Below are positions 26,903 through 39,417 of a stretch of DNA of 64,000 nucleotides, in pieces. The notes beneath the pieces are model-generated. The model had not been told where the DNA came from and searched no databases. It saw only the letters and a program-made list of their open reading frames with translations. Origin of the DNA: Macrostomum lignano. Its lineage: Eukaryota. The position numbers were made by a program, and so were the translations under genes. The stretch's first letter is position 1; each line of letters starts with the position of its first letter. The stretch lies in assembly GCA_002269645.1 (NCBI GenBank), contig NIVC01002061.1, positions 62,001 through 126,000 of the forward strand, given 5' to 3'.

Positions 26903-29900
26903 CCCGGTGTAAAATTCGACGTCGATTCTCTGTCGAATCTAGGGAGAACATCGAATTTTCAGAGAGGGAACAAACGTTGGTCGAAACATGGTCGAAAAAT
27001 GGCCGAACATTCTGTCAACTAATTTTTGCTTAGATATTCGTCATTCTCTACTATTCTATATACCTAAGTAGTCAGCAAAGAATTTTTTAAAGTCATGGGG
27101 TAAAACCGAAAATTTGCAAGTAAATACTAACTGTTTTGAAATTCTAAAGCTCATACAGTTACAACCGTCACATTTTTGCGCAGCAAGCGCAGTAATAAAC
27201 GAATAGGCCGGTACAGTTCTCTATTGGTCTGTTCTGATCTTTATCGATGCTGACTGCTGCATGCAAAGTACAATCTTGCAGGAAATTCAATGCAACTGCA
27301 TTACCCTATTCTGCTAGATATTCTGCTAGAAGTGTGTTAATTAAAGCCAATAAATATTTCTGGCACAATTAACCTTGTCTTATAGCCGCTTTACCTCGCC
27401 GTCCAACAAGCTATCCTAGAGTAATTATTATATAAGGCTGCTCGTTTAAGCACAGACCAAAAAAGTAACCCTAGGACCAGAACCTATCTTTCAGAATTAC
27501 TCTCCATGAGCACACGTGACGGATTTTCTGGCGCCCCATCCCATAGTCTATGTGGTGGGCGGCGTGGGCCGCACCTCCTCATATCAGCGCGAATTCGAAT
27601 GCTGTGTGTGCGTCAGAATGGCAGAAATAAAGTAAACAAAGGGAATTTTTCTGAATGGATCAGAGTTGGGTGAATAGAAATGGTAGCTAGGTGGCGGCCG
27701 GGCACAGCTATCGCAAACAATATTTATCCCAGACCAAAAAGTATCTATAGTATAGCTGCAGGCGGAGAGACTTTCCATTGTCATTTTGACAGATTCCAAG
27801 CCCTGGGTACGCAGTCCAGTTCAGTTTTTATTCAAGATTTAGTTATATAGAAGATTTATGGCCGGAAAAATTCACGCCTGGAGCTGTGCGGGCAGTGGGT
27901 GGGCTCTTCTATCCAAGGTTTTTCTCAGTTAAATAGAAGGGGTGGCTAAAACAAAGTTTAATCAGAATCACACAAAGAGAGAATGAAAACAAAACAGGCA
28001 AAAGGCAAGGCAAGAAGGCAAAAGCAGTCCCCCCTACGCAAATGCTAGCTTCATGGGAGTCTAAGATTCTTTAGCATTTAAAGTCTGAACGATCGATAAG
28101 CTCAAATTTATTCTCCATGAAAATGGTTTACTTGCTCTGTGTGCGGTTTTGTGCTCTACTAATCTAATTTTTTTCGTTTTCACTATCACTTGCTGACTGT
28201 TACTCGTAGTCGTATAAGTAATTGAGCAAATCTTTCAAACTTTGCCCTTTAATGTTGGTCAGAGGGTGAGAAATTGAGTATGAGCATTGAGGATTCCATA
28301 TAAACTGTAGAAATATAAACCAATCTGGGGATATTTTATTGCTAAACTCCGTCTTTCGAGTTTAATAGCTCTTTCGAGCTCTTTCGAGCTCTTTCGAGCT
28401 TACACTCTTTCGAGCTCGCTGGGACGGTTCACTGTTGCAAACTCGCTGTTTGAAAGCAGATAGGGTCTGGGGTCTGGGCAGTCATGTAGTCCACGATTAA
28501 CTAGCTACACTTTACTGGGAGCACGGGAGCATGCTCCAACCTCCAACCCCTTGCGGACTACCCAAGTTAGAGCGTGCTCCAAGCTAGCTAGCTATCTGAG
28601 CCTAGGTGGGTCTGGGACCAAGATCATTATCTACATTTCAATGGAGCTGGCCAATTTTAGCAGAGGTTTTTTCCAATGCAGATCCAGAGGCGGAAGTTTT
28701 TAGCCTAGACATCCAAGTGGAGCGCCAAAATACACAGAATAACGAGGTCAAGACACTGAGACAGGGACTGTTTACTGTGATAAGAATATCTCTCTCTCAT
28801 AGATCATATCGAAGTCAGAGCCTGGACGAAAAGCTTTGAATATGGGCGCCCGCAAGCGTTTTTTTCTCCACGAGGGGCTCCTCTTCATCCAATCAAATGA
28901 GTGACTGACATGCAACTGGCGATTTCGAGGGGAGGGGAACAGAGGAACAGGGGGAACAGCTGCTGGAGGGGGAGGGGATAACCCGAGTGGAGTTCTGTGA
29001 GTGAGAGCACAAAGCACGGAAGGCTTCCTCACAGCCAACCGGTGCGCTGCATATTCTATTGCGCTCCCCGATCCCAAATAATTTTACCTAAAAGCGTCTT
29101 TGAAATATATATTTTTTACATCACGAACCCACATTGCTGCCGAGTTGTGCTTCCAATTCCTTTTAGCGAGTTTTGCAAGCTTGTAATCTTTAGAATTAGC
29201 TAGCTTGGACATGAACCCCGTAGTTTTAAGCGTCAACTACCGTGTGGTCGATGGCGAGGCCAGACCGTATGACCGTGGTCATACAAGTAGGGAATACAAA
29301 GGAGGACTTAAAGCCGGCTAAGCTTTATGCCTGCAGAGAGCTGGCGTGCGCAGGTCTGCTGAAAGAAACGACAGAGTGAAGCAGCGCCGGAACTCATATC
29401 GCCCAGATGAAGTAAGTGTTTCATTTAATCGGCTTTGTCTTTGTGCAAGCTATGTTTTAGACATGCTAAAATTTATCGAAACTATATTTGAAATTTCAGC
29501 AAATATCGGCTGACTATCAGATTCAGACTGATGGATGGCGACATCAATTGTGATGCTGATTGTGTCTTCACAGGATGTTCTCAAAGAACGAACTGTTCCC
29601 TGAGGTATTCAAACAGCAGAAATGCTGAGTCTACATCAGCATAAAGCACAGAGACTGCATTCAAACCGAACCTTTTGTCAGCAGTATACGATGCCACTGT
29701 TAATCTGCAAAAGTCAGGAGCTCAGCAAGAACTCATCAGTAAGTTTCTAAATCCTGCTCTAGTCGGTCAGCACCACTTGTAGCACCACCTTACAATTTTT
29801 AAGGTGGCAAATATATCTTATATAGATTAATATTACGAGTACTTTATCTGATACGTTATAGTTTAGCCCACTTTCGACCATTGTGCGTGCTAAGAAAATC

Positions 29901-31190
29901 GCTTTAAGTATAATAAAGTGCTGAAATTAACGTATATTGTACATTGTAGTTAGGCAACAGTCAAGCAAATTCATTGCGTGCATTCATAAATTCATCCCAC
30001 TTGCCACAGGAGCGCTGAACGTGCAGGCCAGGATGCTGGCGTCAGTAATTTCCAGAAGCAATGAGTGGTGAGTTGATTTCGCTTGATGCCCTGCAGTTTT
30101 TTCTTGCAAAAACTTCTTGATCAGTTTAATGCTCTAAATAAGATCATCGTTAACCACACATACTTCTACTTCCCACAGATACGAGAGCTCTGCATGCTGG
30201 AAGGGAAAGACTCCATCTCCAGTTTGACTTCAACCGCACTGGAAATAACGGCAAGATAAGCTTCAGTGGCTTCGAGGCCGTAGTGAAAGGTGCGTTGCTG
30301 ATATGAAATGACAATGAGTATAGATTACTTAGGTCTGAGATCATAACTTTATCTAGTTTAACGACTTAACGAACGCTACTATTGGTAGTAGGCTATAGAG
30401 ACCTCGTGTTGCTAAATGAATTTCAATTTCATTTCAGAGGCAATCTCGAAAGGCCAAGTACAATTCTGCACGCCACGAAGGTGGAGGAGCGCATTTTTAA
30501 CTTCCTCTCGGATGCCCCCCGTACGATCTGGCCTGCGCACTCCCCAGCAAAAGAGCTCCAGTGGTGGTCCTGCCGCCAGCGCAGAGTGACTGAGCGCTGC
30601 GAGGCGTGGCTTCTGTCTGTCTGCCTGCCTTTGCTAAAAGTAACCCGATCGCTGACTATTAAATTTTAGCAAATAATTGTAATGTAGTCTAATTAGCATA
30701 GTTTAATAGGAGCGTCTATAAGGAATATATTGTCATTCTCATCTCGAGTATAGTGCTTCATAAATTTGTGTTTTTCTGCTCAAAAATATCTTTCGTAACA
30801 TGCAAACTTTCAGCACTGTCCGAAACCTTATTAGTCTTGTTATTATGCAATTTTTATGAAATTTAGAAGCTCTGATTTTTTAATACTGAAATTTCGCAAC
30901 ATAACAAGTTCTATGTAACTTTAAACTGTTTGATGATCTAAATAGACAGAAATATACGTATCACAGCGATGGATACAATACAATTAAGTAATAATTAACT
31001 CATAAAAAAGCAGACGATTTTCTTTTTCTTTAGAACGACTTTTATATATACTTGTAACACTACTAAAAGTAGCTGTGATAGCAGTAGTCGAATATTCGTC
31101 GAAATTTCGATGATCGAATTTCCAAAATTTCTGAGTGCACATTCGACATCGAATCGACACAGAATGTTCTGGGTCGAATTTTTCACCGGG
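26903..31190. mobile_element. CMC/EnSpm-like non-autonomous DNA transposon, 4288 bp
   Basis: TIR CCCGGTGTAAAATTCGAC vs CCCGGTGAAAAATTCGAC (17/18); TA flanks both ends (2-bp TSD); multiple subterminal TTCGAC/GTCGAA motifs at both ends; 5'-CCC fits the CMC terminal consensus. Confidence 0.7.
29210..30525 (+). pseudogene. Decayed multi-exon DUF4806/BEN-like gene inside the CMC-like element
   Basis: Canonical exons: ..29411|GTAAGT, 29574-29738, 30010-30067, 30179-30289, 30438-.. Peptides LQKSGAQQELI, FDFNRTGNNGKISFSGFEAVVKEAI and ATKVEERIFNFLSDAPR resemble the DUF4806 C-terminal pattern; frameshifts and phase mismatches present. Confidence 0.6.
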
Positions 31191-33110
31191 TATATGCACA
31201 TTATAGGCTCGTTTTTATGATAAAATTTATGTATTTTACTTTTCTACTAATCCAGAATGACAGATACTGGTAGGCAGCAGTAAACTTAAAAAATATACGG
31301 TGAAAAGGCTAAGGGGGTTCCGGTGTGACCTAGGGTTGACTTATTTGTGAATGTCATAGTTTTTACTGTCAGTAGACTAATACGTAAATATATTCTATAT
31401 TGTATAACTTCTGTGTATATTTTAGCATCGGCTTTTATATATCGGCAAGTGATAAATTTCTAGTAGTCAATCAATAATATTGCTTAGCGCCCACGTAACC
31501 TTCAACAAATCATAATTCGTTGCTAACATCCATAACGTTTTGATCCATTATTTATAACTTGTTTTTTCGTCCCTAGAATACTAAAAAATTTGGCCAACTC
31601 AGCATTAGCAAATTGTGCTTAAAGCTAAATATTGTATATCGCTTTCTTGGACTACATACATGCTGTTCTGTTCGTTCTTGAGTGTCGCCCGTCTGCTACT
31701 CTGCGCTAGATTTAACTCGTCACACTGAAAACAATAAACAAAAAAATTTTCAAGTGTCCTACTTTAATTGTACCTTACTACCTAAAAATTCCAAAGTACA
31801 GAGACAAACACACATTTAATTACATGTAGTACTTTTGCGCTACATTCTCGAATAAATTAGAGAATAAGCTAATAGGTTTTTTTATTTTTGAAACAAAAAA
31901 CTGTCGTACCAAATTAAATTACTTTGATTGGAAAATGATAGCAAAAGTTTCAGTTGGCTCTATAATATTTGTAGAAACAAAGTCACACTAAAAATTGTAA
32001 CAGAAAAGACTGATTAAAAACTTTGGTACACATCAAACCTCCAAAACTCTAGAATATTTTTTATTTCAAAGTTAATTTTAAAATATTTAGTTATAACGTT
32101 AACTATAACGTAAGACAAGTTTTGTCGGTTCGATAAACGTGGTTATAGGAAAAAGTGATATAATAAAGCTAATATAGCTAGCTCAGATTTTCCATACAGA
32201 AAAGCGGAATTAAACGTCAATATATCGCAATGGAAATCTAGATAATTTGCCAACATCATATTACATAATTCATAATTGAACTTAATTCAGATGAAAAGAT
32301 CAGCTGAGAATTAGAAAAAATGATGACATTATCCCCTCTCTAAACATTACGTATAGATCCCGAAATTGATTTCATTTAGTCTATTATTAACAATTCTCTT
32401 TAAACCAGCAATTCTCGAATCATTCAAATAGAATCAAAAGGCACCATCGTAGGAAACAAATTTGATTATTTTTCGCTTAGTCAAATGATTTTTTCGGACT
32501 GAACTAATCTAACACTGAACGAACCAGGAAAAAACGAGACTGGAATAAAAATATCGGAAACAGAGCTTCAAAGTTAGGGTAAAATTTTGAGTTAAAAATC
32601 GAAACGAGGCCGTCTGATACTGTATGTGAGCACCATTAATATGTACGTTATAATGGTCAGGAAGACATTATTAAGTTTAAAATTGTCGGAATCAAATAGA
32701 ATTTAGTCGGTTAAGCTTGGCAAACACAGTTTTATAAAAATCATTTATGTTTAATGGAAACATAAAAAGTAGCTAAATATTAATAGACTACACATGTTTA
32801 AAACCAGTCAATTATCACTCAAGGGCAGTTTTTTCCAAAGTTTGGTTTAGTGATTGCGAAATGTAGATTTTGTAAAAACTGCACCCCACGTATACACTCT
32901 CAAACCTCAATTTATAGAATCTGCCATGATGCATGCTCTACTTTTGTTTTGCTGTTTAAAAATGTAACTTTTTGAATCTCAGAATAGCTAGTCTTAGCAA
33001 CATCAGTTTGAGCATTCCTTCACAGCTTACATGTGGAGTCTGGCAGAAAATTATGAATACGTGGTTTGTTTTCCTTCATTCACATAGCTTAAATGATCTT
33101 TTAAAAAACT

Positions 33111-33470
33111 TTTATTTATTTTTTATTAGAGGCAGGGGGTTGTGTGCACCCTGGCGCACTTTAAGCGACAGGCACACAACCGGCGAGAGGCATTACTGCC
33201 GATCCGCCGACTCCCCTGAGCAGGCATACAAGCGCGCGGATACGTACGCAGGCACACACTCACACAGGAGTGTACAGCGGCCCTAACTTTATTTTATCGT
33301 CAGGCATGTACACTTCACTGCGCCTTGGAGGGTTGGTTCTCAAGGCCGTTAATTGCACGAGCAGAGCAAACCGAGATTCCATCAGCCAAAAATTAATGTG
33401 ACTGCACTTGGAATCGAGCCTGGGTCGCTGGCACACCAGAGCAGCTGCGCTACCGCTGGCTACGGCCCCC
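33111..33470 (-). mobile_element. Full-length tRNA-derived SINE with TSD
   Basis: 5' GGGGCCGTAGCCAGCGG (A-box), GGCTCGATTCC (B-box, 33420-33410), shared core, A-rich tail; flanks TTTTAAAAAACT (33099-33110) and TTTTGAAAAACT (33471-33482) match 11/12. Confidence 0.85.
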
Positions 33471-33637
33471 TTTTGAAAAACTTTAGATTCATGTAAAAGT
33501 TTTACTGTTCAGCATGCACAAAAAATCAAACACACAAACACACATGCACACAGATAATTAACCAGCTTTAACTCCAATCGATAAGTGTGCATTTAAAAGA
33601 GTGCATGTTTTCAGGTTCAACTCAAGTAACGAGCGAC

Positions 33638-36600
33638 TCAATCCAGCAAAAAGCGCAGACTGTCGATTGCCTCCTTCCTGGAAACCAGTTCCCAGGTCGG
33701 AGGCAACTTTTTGATTCCTTTTCGATACTTAGCCTGCAGCTTGTCCTTAAATGTCCATGAGAACCAGTGCCAGAACTTTGCCGAATCGTTTCCTGCGTCG
33801 GGATCAATCTCCCACTCTGGAAAGTACTTTTTGTACTCTTTGTAAGGGTGATAGACTTCTTGTTTGCTGTCGGCACGACAGTTTGACGTCTGCTTACCCC
33901 TTCGCTTGCAAAAACCACATGAAAATCTGCCATCACTACTAATTTCAAATTCACAATTATTGAATGCTAGCTGATCAATTCTAATATAATAAACACCATC
34001 CACTCCAGGTGGTCTGTGCTGAATGCAGCAATGCGGGCTGCCGTCTTTTTCGTGGTGATTTTCCTGAGACTTGCAGCACGGCTCGCTACAGAAAGGGCAG
34101 CGTTCTTTGCAGCCCCAAAGGCTCTGAAGCACATCGGAGTAGAGAGTGGAGTCTCCGTGCCATCTGACTGTTGACTCGTTCATACTAGCGAAGTGCTTTA
34201 TTAGTGTGGATTTGAGGTCGCCCAGGCCGCCTAAAAGATGTTTCAGCATGTCTTCCACTTTTACATTAGATTCGTAAGTGCAAACATGATATAAGTTTTT
34301 AGGAAGCACGGCGAGCTCTTTTTCGGCTTCTTTACAGAATTCATCGATCCAAACTTTCAGTGAGGTGCACCGAGTTGCCGCCACTCTTGCCGCTTCTTCA
34401 GTCACCGCAATTGTCGGCGCAATGAGCGATGACTCGAGATGGCCTGAAAATACACTGTTGCCATCCGATGTTCTCTGAAACAGCTGACGGTTAATGAACT
34501 GCGTCAGCCATTTCAGAGCAGTAGTATGGGAATCTCTCACGTATTCAAGGATCGATTCTGCGTCACGTCTCTGTGCCATGTCCGTTAGCATGCGAACAAT
34601 GAGCTGGTACTTTGTCCTGCCGATCTCGTTCCGCATTACTCCTCTCAATTTACCTGCCATTCTTTCCTGGAAAGCCTGTTTCATCACCGAGTACAGATGG
34701 TCACGAATAAAATCAGCCACCATCTTGGCTTCGGCCTGTCGGCGGACAATGTTTTCAAATAAGTTCAACATCTTTGTCTTCGTATCGGCCAGCTTTGTTT
34801 TGATGCTGTTGGCTTCGTAAAAATTCCGCGTAATCTGCTCAAATGTTGGGTATGCAGTGCGTAGGGCGAGGACCACTACCTTGATTTCGAATGCACGCGT
34901 TGTGCGGATATGATTGCTCGATAGTCTGAGAGAGGAGTTTACTGCATCACACACGTATTTTTGTATTCGATTAACGTGAACCTTAGAAACTCCTGTCAAG
35001 CCCCCCCTCATATCCTCGCAAAGACTTTGGACGGCCTTGAGAATGTCAGATACAAAGTCTACCACTAGCTTGCGTTCTTCTTTTTCTGGCTTACTGGAAA
35101 CATAACTTTTTAATTGTTTGATTTTCAAACGTTCTGGTATGATGAGCTGAACAGTGTCTCCTTTAGGAAACAGTATTTCAGGTAAGCTATCACTTCGACC
35201 CGCTGATTGTCTCTTTAATGGCGTTTGCTCCAAAAATATGCCCACATATTTTTTTTCATTATAATAGATCTCTCGCAGTTGATCTACCACTTGACTTTCG
35301 ATACTTCCGAAGTCGACTGTTCTCTCAGGTGGCAGCTGCTGCGCGAACTCCTGCCACAGAGCTTCGAATTCCTGCAGAATTTTTTCTGTTGAGCTGCTCT
35401 TTAGCGTGGGTGCAAGTTCGGTGGCCCGTCTTATGATCTTAGACTCCCACTCCTCCGTCCGTGAACCTTGTTGAAGCTCAACTTTTTGCCCATCGCACAA
35501 GATTTGGAGTTTCTGCCGAAGTGACTGCTCAAGACTTTTGATGCAATCCCTTAAGGACACTAACTTTCGCTCCTTCCATTGTATTGTGTACTCACCGTAC
35601 TGGTTTTCATAAAAAAATACGTTTAAGGACTTCAGACCTTGCTGCTGCCAAGTTTCAAGCATAGCACGAAGCTCACTTATAGCCCTTTGCTGCACATCCG
35701 CGACAGCACTGACCGTTTCGCATTTCCTAACGGGAATCGCTGCCGATTTATAAAGCCAGTCTTCGCTCAACTCTTCAATGTAATTTGTCACTTCGAGAAA
35801 TTTGTTCTCCAGCATGTTGTAAGCCTTGAGTTCGACACTGCTTTTAAAGCTGAACACAAAGTCCTCAGAAAGTATTGCCTTCCACAAATCATTTACTCGC
35901 TGAGAAAAGTCGCTGAATCCTAGATAGCTTTTCTGTTCTTTATCAAGAATATGCAAAAGGTGCTGCTTAATCTCCTGAACACCCATCGAGTAACCCGGAT
36001 TCACTGGAGCCATGGGAGGGTCGCCTTGTAACAGATCTGACATAAAGAAAATATCCGTGTCTCTGTTGAACTGCAGAATGTCTCCGAAACGCTTCACGTC
36101 ATGGAGACCTTCTCCTTCTGCAGCTTCCTTCGTCATGTGGTCGAGTTTCTGTTGTATCTTGAATGTCGCTTCCTGCATCATCTCTTTTGCTCCAGCCGCT
36201 GCTACATTCTGGTGTATGAAGATGCAGTGTCTGTGCAGATCTCGATCTTTGTTTGCCATCTTCATCCTGATGAAGGCGTGAATCGCGATCTGCAGAATCT
36301 CATTCATCTCCGCAGCGTTCTCTCCTTTGATGTTGATGATGGTCACGTCGCCCAGTCCGATGACCAGTGTAGCCAGCTCGTTGTCATGATGATGCTTGTC
36401 CAGACCCAGCTCCGGAGCTCTCAGACCCTCGGTGTCGAGCACAGCGACATAGTCGAAAGGCATTCCCGACTCCACAGGAACTAGCTGCAGAAATGCGCCT
36501 CGAGTGCAGCGACCTGCGCTCACTGCGAACTTCAGTCCGAACATGGTGTTGAGCAGAGTGGACTTGCCTGAGCTCTGCAGACCGAGCACAGAGATCACGT

Positions 36601-38845
36601 AGATCTTCTTGTCACCGACCAGCTCCTGGCAGGTCTTGAGGATAGCAGAGATCCAGGCAGACGGGATGTTTCCAGCGTCGCCATCGAGAATCTCTAGAGG
36701 AACTCCGCACAGCAAGAGTTTGGCCATCACGCGTGGGATCAGATTGATGTCAAGCGCTCGGAAAGTCTTTGTACTTTCTGAAGAGGCAGCTAAAATGGCC
36801 TCGTAGAATTGGCCCGCCTCTCTGAATATGTTTTCGAGGCCAATTGAAGCAAGCAGTATTTGATGGCCAAGTTCGGTGAGCTGATCATCAATTGCGGTCT
36901 GTGATGATTCATCCGCAATTTCTTTACGCTGCCGCAATTCCTTCTGCATTTTTCTAAGCCTTGGCAAATGCTCTCTAGAAGAAGTGTCGAAGAAAGATCG
37001 AATGCACTGAAGCCAAAGCTTAACCAGAAGCTCATTGTCAGCAATCTTTGTCAGTGTGGTAAGAAACTCCTCCATAATGGGACTGAGTTGATTGCAGAGA
37101 CCCATTTGCTGACGTCTGGCATTGAGACGCTGATGCTGAGCTTCCAACTTGTCTTCATCTGTTGCCTTAGAAGAGTTTTCTTTTTTGTAGTGGCGACTGT
37201 AGTCCATCCATTTTTCTTGCAAAGGAAGATGTTCTTTCCTTAAGTTCATCATTCCGCTCTTCGATACTTCCCCAAAGATGGAGCTGCAAAGCTGGCTTGC
37301 CTGAGAAACGAGAGAGCCGTCATCAAAGTCAACTTTGATTTCTCCGATAGGTTTCTGCTCGGCGCCAACCTTTGCCAATGTCTCTGAAAGTCTTTGTTGA
37401 ATTTCGCCAACTATTTCACGCTCTGGTTTTTTTTTCTTTGTGTCAACGCAGGAAAATGATTTAAGGGTACTCAACAACTCGCTGCTCAGCGGATTTGCGA
37501 GTGTCTGAGATCTGTAGAGAACCACTATCACTTCTAATTCCTTCATTTTTGACATGCTTTGAAGCTGACTAAAGCACTCGGGCTGTGAAAGGGTGCTGAC
37601 GTCCACAAAGACAACCACAACTTCGGAAGCTGAAGTTAAAACATGAGATTTATCTGCAAAATCCAGCAAGTCACCTCTGAGGTTTGTTGCCAAGAAGGCT
37701 CGAGTCAGTTTAATGTTTCTGGACGGCAGAAACACGGTGGCCTCAACGAGTCCGTTGCTGCAGACTCTGCGCGCGTGGCCGTTGGTGCAGTCTCTGTGGA
37801 AGAACGTCTCATGACTGCTGCCATTGAGTAGGGAGTTCAGCAACTTGGACTTCGACACAGGCAAATCTCCGATCCTCACAAATGATACCACCGGGAAATG
37901 ATAGTCTGACATCAGGCTGGTCTCTATGTACTGGCCATTTTCGTTTATGAACTGAACTACAATGTCTTTCAGGCTCCAGCTGCTCATGACCAGAGGCTTG
38001 TCAACAGTTGAATAGATGAATGGGAAAGCCAGCTTGCAAGCAAACAGAGCTTTGCAGAGCATTTGTTGCACCTCTTTGTCACAGCAGAGGTAGCTCGCAA
38101 GCAAAATATCTATCGGGTTCAGCTCATTCTCAGAGCTGCCTTCTTCATCGTCCTCGAGGTTTAAAAGTGACATTTCATCTGATGCCGTCGTCTCTGGAAC
38201 CAAATTTCTTCCCTGTGCGTCGCAGCTGAGGAGTGCGCGGATGACTTGCCAGGCAACGGAGTTTTCCTTCAAATTTTTGCGCTCGTCCTGGCTTCTTTTG
38301 ACGAAAAGAACGTCCTTGCGCGGGATTCTCTCTGGATAATAAGACTCCAGCTCGAGACGTTCAACAGTTTCTTGAACTGATCCAAATTTTATTGGCTTTC
38401 TCGGTTCTGCAACTCCTGAGGTCGTTGGCTGTGGGTTGACAGTTGGTTCATCTGGCATCGAGCCTTGTCTTTTTGAATGTGTAGGAAATGGTGCTGGTGT
38501 TTCAAGTCTTGGCATTGGTCTTGGGGATAGCGATGGTTGAGTAGTCGACGATGGACCCGAGTCTTTCTGTACAATTTTATGCAGCTTATTAAAGAGGTCC
38601 GTCAAGGCTTGGTTGCTTTCTTCATCTCCCGCAAGCCTCCTCACCAGCGCATAGTCGATAGCTTCTAATGAGTCCAAGGTAGCAATATTTTTCTCTCTTA
38701 AGTACAGCTCTATAATGTTCAGAAACTCAGTGGATGCAAATTCGGGATGCTTTTCCGAAAGCATTTCCTTGGCGTTCAATGCAGCACTTGATAGACCGAC
38801 TTCTTCTACATCTAAAATTGTCAAATGGAAATTTCTGATTGGCAT
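33638..38845 (-). CDS. GVIN1: Interferon-induced very large GTPase 1 (GVIN1/VLIG, URGCP-related) homologue A; single coding exon, 1735 aa
   Basis: G1 SVLGLQSSGKSTLLNTMFG, G2 AGRCTRG, G3 DTEGL, HDNELATLVIGLGDVTIINIKGEN; URGCP-like NPIDILLASYLCCD..Q..CKLAFP and FFHRDC; C-terminal GCKERCPFC..C..H..HRP; splice acceptor TACAG immediately before C-ATG. Confidence 0.93.
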   Translation of the reverse strand: MPIRNFHLTILDVEEVGLSSAALNAKEMLSEKHPEFASTEFLNIIELYLREKNIATLDSLEAIDYALVRRLAGDEESNQALTDLFNKLHKIVQKDSGPSSTTQPSLSPRPMPRLETPAPFPTHSKRQGSMPDEPTVNPQPTTSGVAEPRKPIKFGSVQETVERLELESYYPERIPRKDVLFVKRSQDERKNLKENSVAWQVIRALLSCDAQGRNLVPETTASDEMSLLNLEDDEEGSSENELNPIDILLASYLCCDKEVQQMLCKALFACKLAFPFIYSTVDKPLVMSSWSLKDIVVQFINENGQYIETSLMSDYHFPVVSFVRIGDLPVSKSKLLNSLLNGSSHETFFHRDCTNGHARRVCSNGLVEATVFLPSRNIKLTRAFLATNLRGDLLDFADKSHVLTSASEVVVVFVDVSTLSQPECFSQLQSMSKMKELEVIVVLYRSQTLANPLSSELLSTLKSFSCVDTKKKKPEREIVGEIQQRLSETLAKVGAEQKPIGEIKVDFDDGSLVSQASQLCSSIFGEVSKSGMMNLRKEHLPLQEKWMDYSRHYKKENSSKATDEDKLEAQHQRLNARRQQMGLCNQLSPIMEEFLTTLTKIADNELLVKLWLQCIRSFFDTSSREHLPRLRKMQKELRQRKEIADESSQTAIDDQLTELGHQILLASIGLENIFREAGQFYEAILAASSESTKTFRALDINLIPRVMAKLLLCGVPLEILDGDAGNIPSAWISAILKTCQELVGDKKIYVISVLGLQSSGKSTLLNTMFGLKFAVSAGRCTRGAFLQLVPVESGMPFDYVAVLDTEGLRAPELGLDKHHHDNELATLVIGLGDVTIINIKGENAAEMNEILQIAIHAFIRMKMANKDRDLHRHCIFIHQNVAAAGAKEMMQEATFKIQQKLDHMTKEAAEGEGLHDVKRFGDILQFNRDTDIFFMSDLLQGDPPMAPVNPGYSMGVQEIKQHLLHILDKEQKSYLGFSDFSQRVNDLWKAILSEDFVFSFKSSVELKAYNMLENKFLEVTNYIEELSEDWLYKSAAIPVRKCETVSAVADVQQRAISELRAMLETWQQQGLKSLNVFFYENQYGEYTIQWKERKLVSLRDCIKSLEQSLRQKLQILCDGQKVELQQGSRTEEWESKIIRRATELAPTLKSSSTEKILQEFEALWQEFAQQLPPERTVDFGSIESQVVDQLREIYYNEKKYVGIFLEQTPLKRQSAGRSDSLPEILFPKGDTVQLIIPERLKIKQLKSYVSSKPEKEERKLVVDFVSDILKAVQSLCEDMRGGLTGVSKVHVNRIQKYVCDAVNSSLRLSSNHIRTTRAFEIKVVVLALRTAYPTFEQITRNFYEANSIKTKLADTKTKMLNLFENIVRRQAEAKMVADFIRDHLYSVMKQAFQERMAGKLRGVMRNEIGRTKYQLIVRMLTDMAQRRDAESILEYVRDSHTTALKWLTQFINRQLFQRTSDGNSVFSGHLESSLIAPTIAVTEEAARVAATRCTSLKVWIDEFCKEAEKELAVLPKNLYHVCTYESNVKVEDMLKHLLGGLGDLKSTLIKHFASMNESTVRWHGDSTLYSDVLQSLWGCKERCPFCSEPCCKSQENHHEKDGSPHCCIQHRPPGVDGVYYIRIDQLAFNNCEFEISSDGRFSCGFCKRRGKQTSNCRADSKQEVYHPYKEYKKYFPEWEIDPDAGNDSAKFWHWFSWTFKDKLQAKYRKGIKKLPPTWELVSRKEAIDSLRFLLD

Positions 38846-39149
38846 GCTGTATAAAAGTTAATTACGTAACTGTGAGTAATTTATTTTTATGAATTATACA
38901 ATCCCAGACTTGGATTTGGCATGCAGAAAGGTCCAGCAGTCCACTCTACCATAGACGAAACTCGGGTAGCTCAGTCTTGGCTAGTCGCGTCTTACTTTGG
39001 TATGCTTAAAAATTTTGACTATCTAGACTGGTCTAGGCAAAAACCTAGCCTACTACTGAGCTGACTTGGTCAATGCTTTTTGATAGTTTTCTAGTGACTG
39101 CTACTGCCACTGAAAGATCGCTCGTTGCATTAGCTTGGATTTAGTCGAG

Positions 39150-39417
39150 ACCGACCTTGAGAGAGTGACTCCTATGCTTTAACTATGCTTGACACTCTCG
39201 TATCTTGGTACGGGTAGCTTTCAGCAGAACCTGGCTGCCCTTGGAGGGATCAACCAGAGCACTCTGTCTCGATGCTACTGGGAAGTGGCATTGAATCACA
39301 TGATTGAGTTTACGACTGGATAATATCAGCTTTCCAGGCTCAGGCGTCGAGCTGGAACGCATCTCAATGGGGTTTTACCAAATTTGTCCACTGCCCCATG
39401 TAATCGGTAATATTTCT
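39150..39417 (+). mobile_element. PIF/Harbinger (HARBI1-like) transposase relic
   Basis: Translates to YLGTGSFQQNLAALGGINQSTLSRCYWEV and GFYQICPLPHVIGNI, matching the Harbinger HTH (ATGSFQ..G.SQ.T.SR) and the FP.VIG.ID region; frameshifts and stops. Confidence 0.7.

Noticed and set aside
33380-33400. Sm-site-like AATTTTTGG suggesting snRNA or SL RNA
   Set aside because: Not conserved in the other SINE copies; no snRNA or SL structure or donor site. No genuine tRNA or rRNA genes were found in the window.
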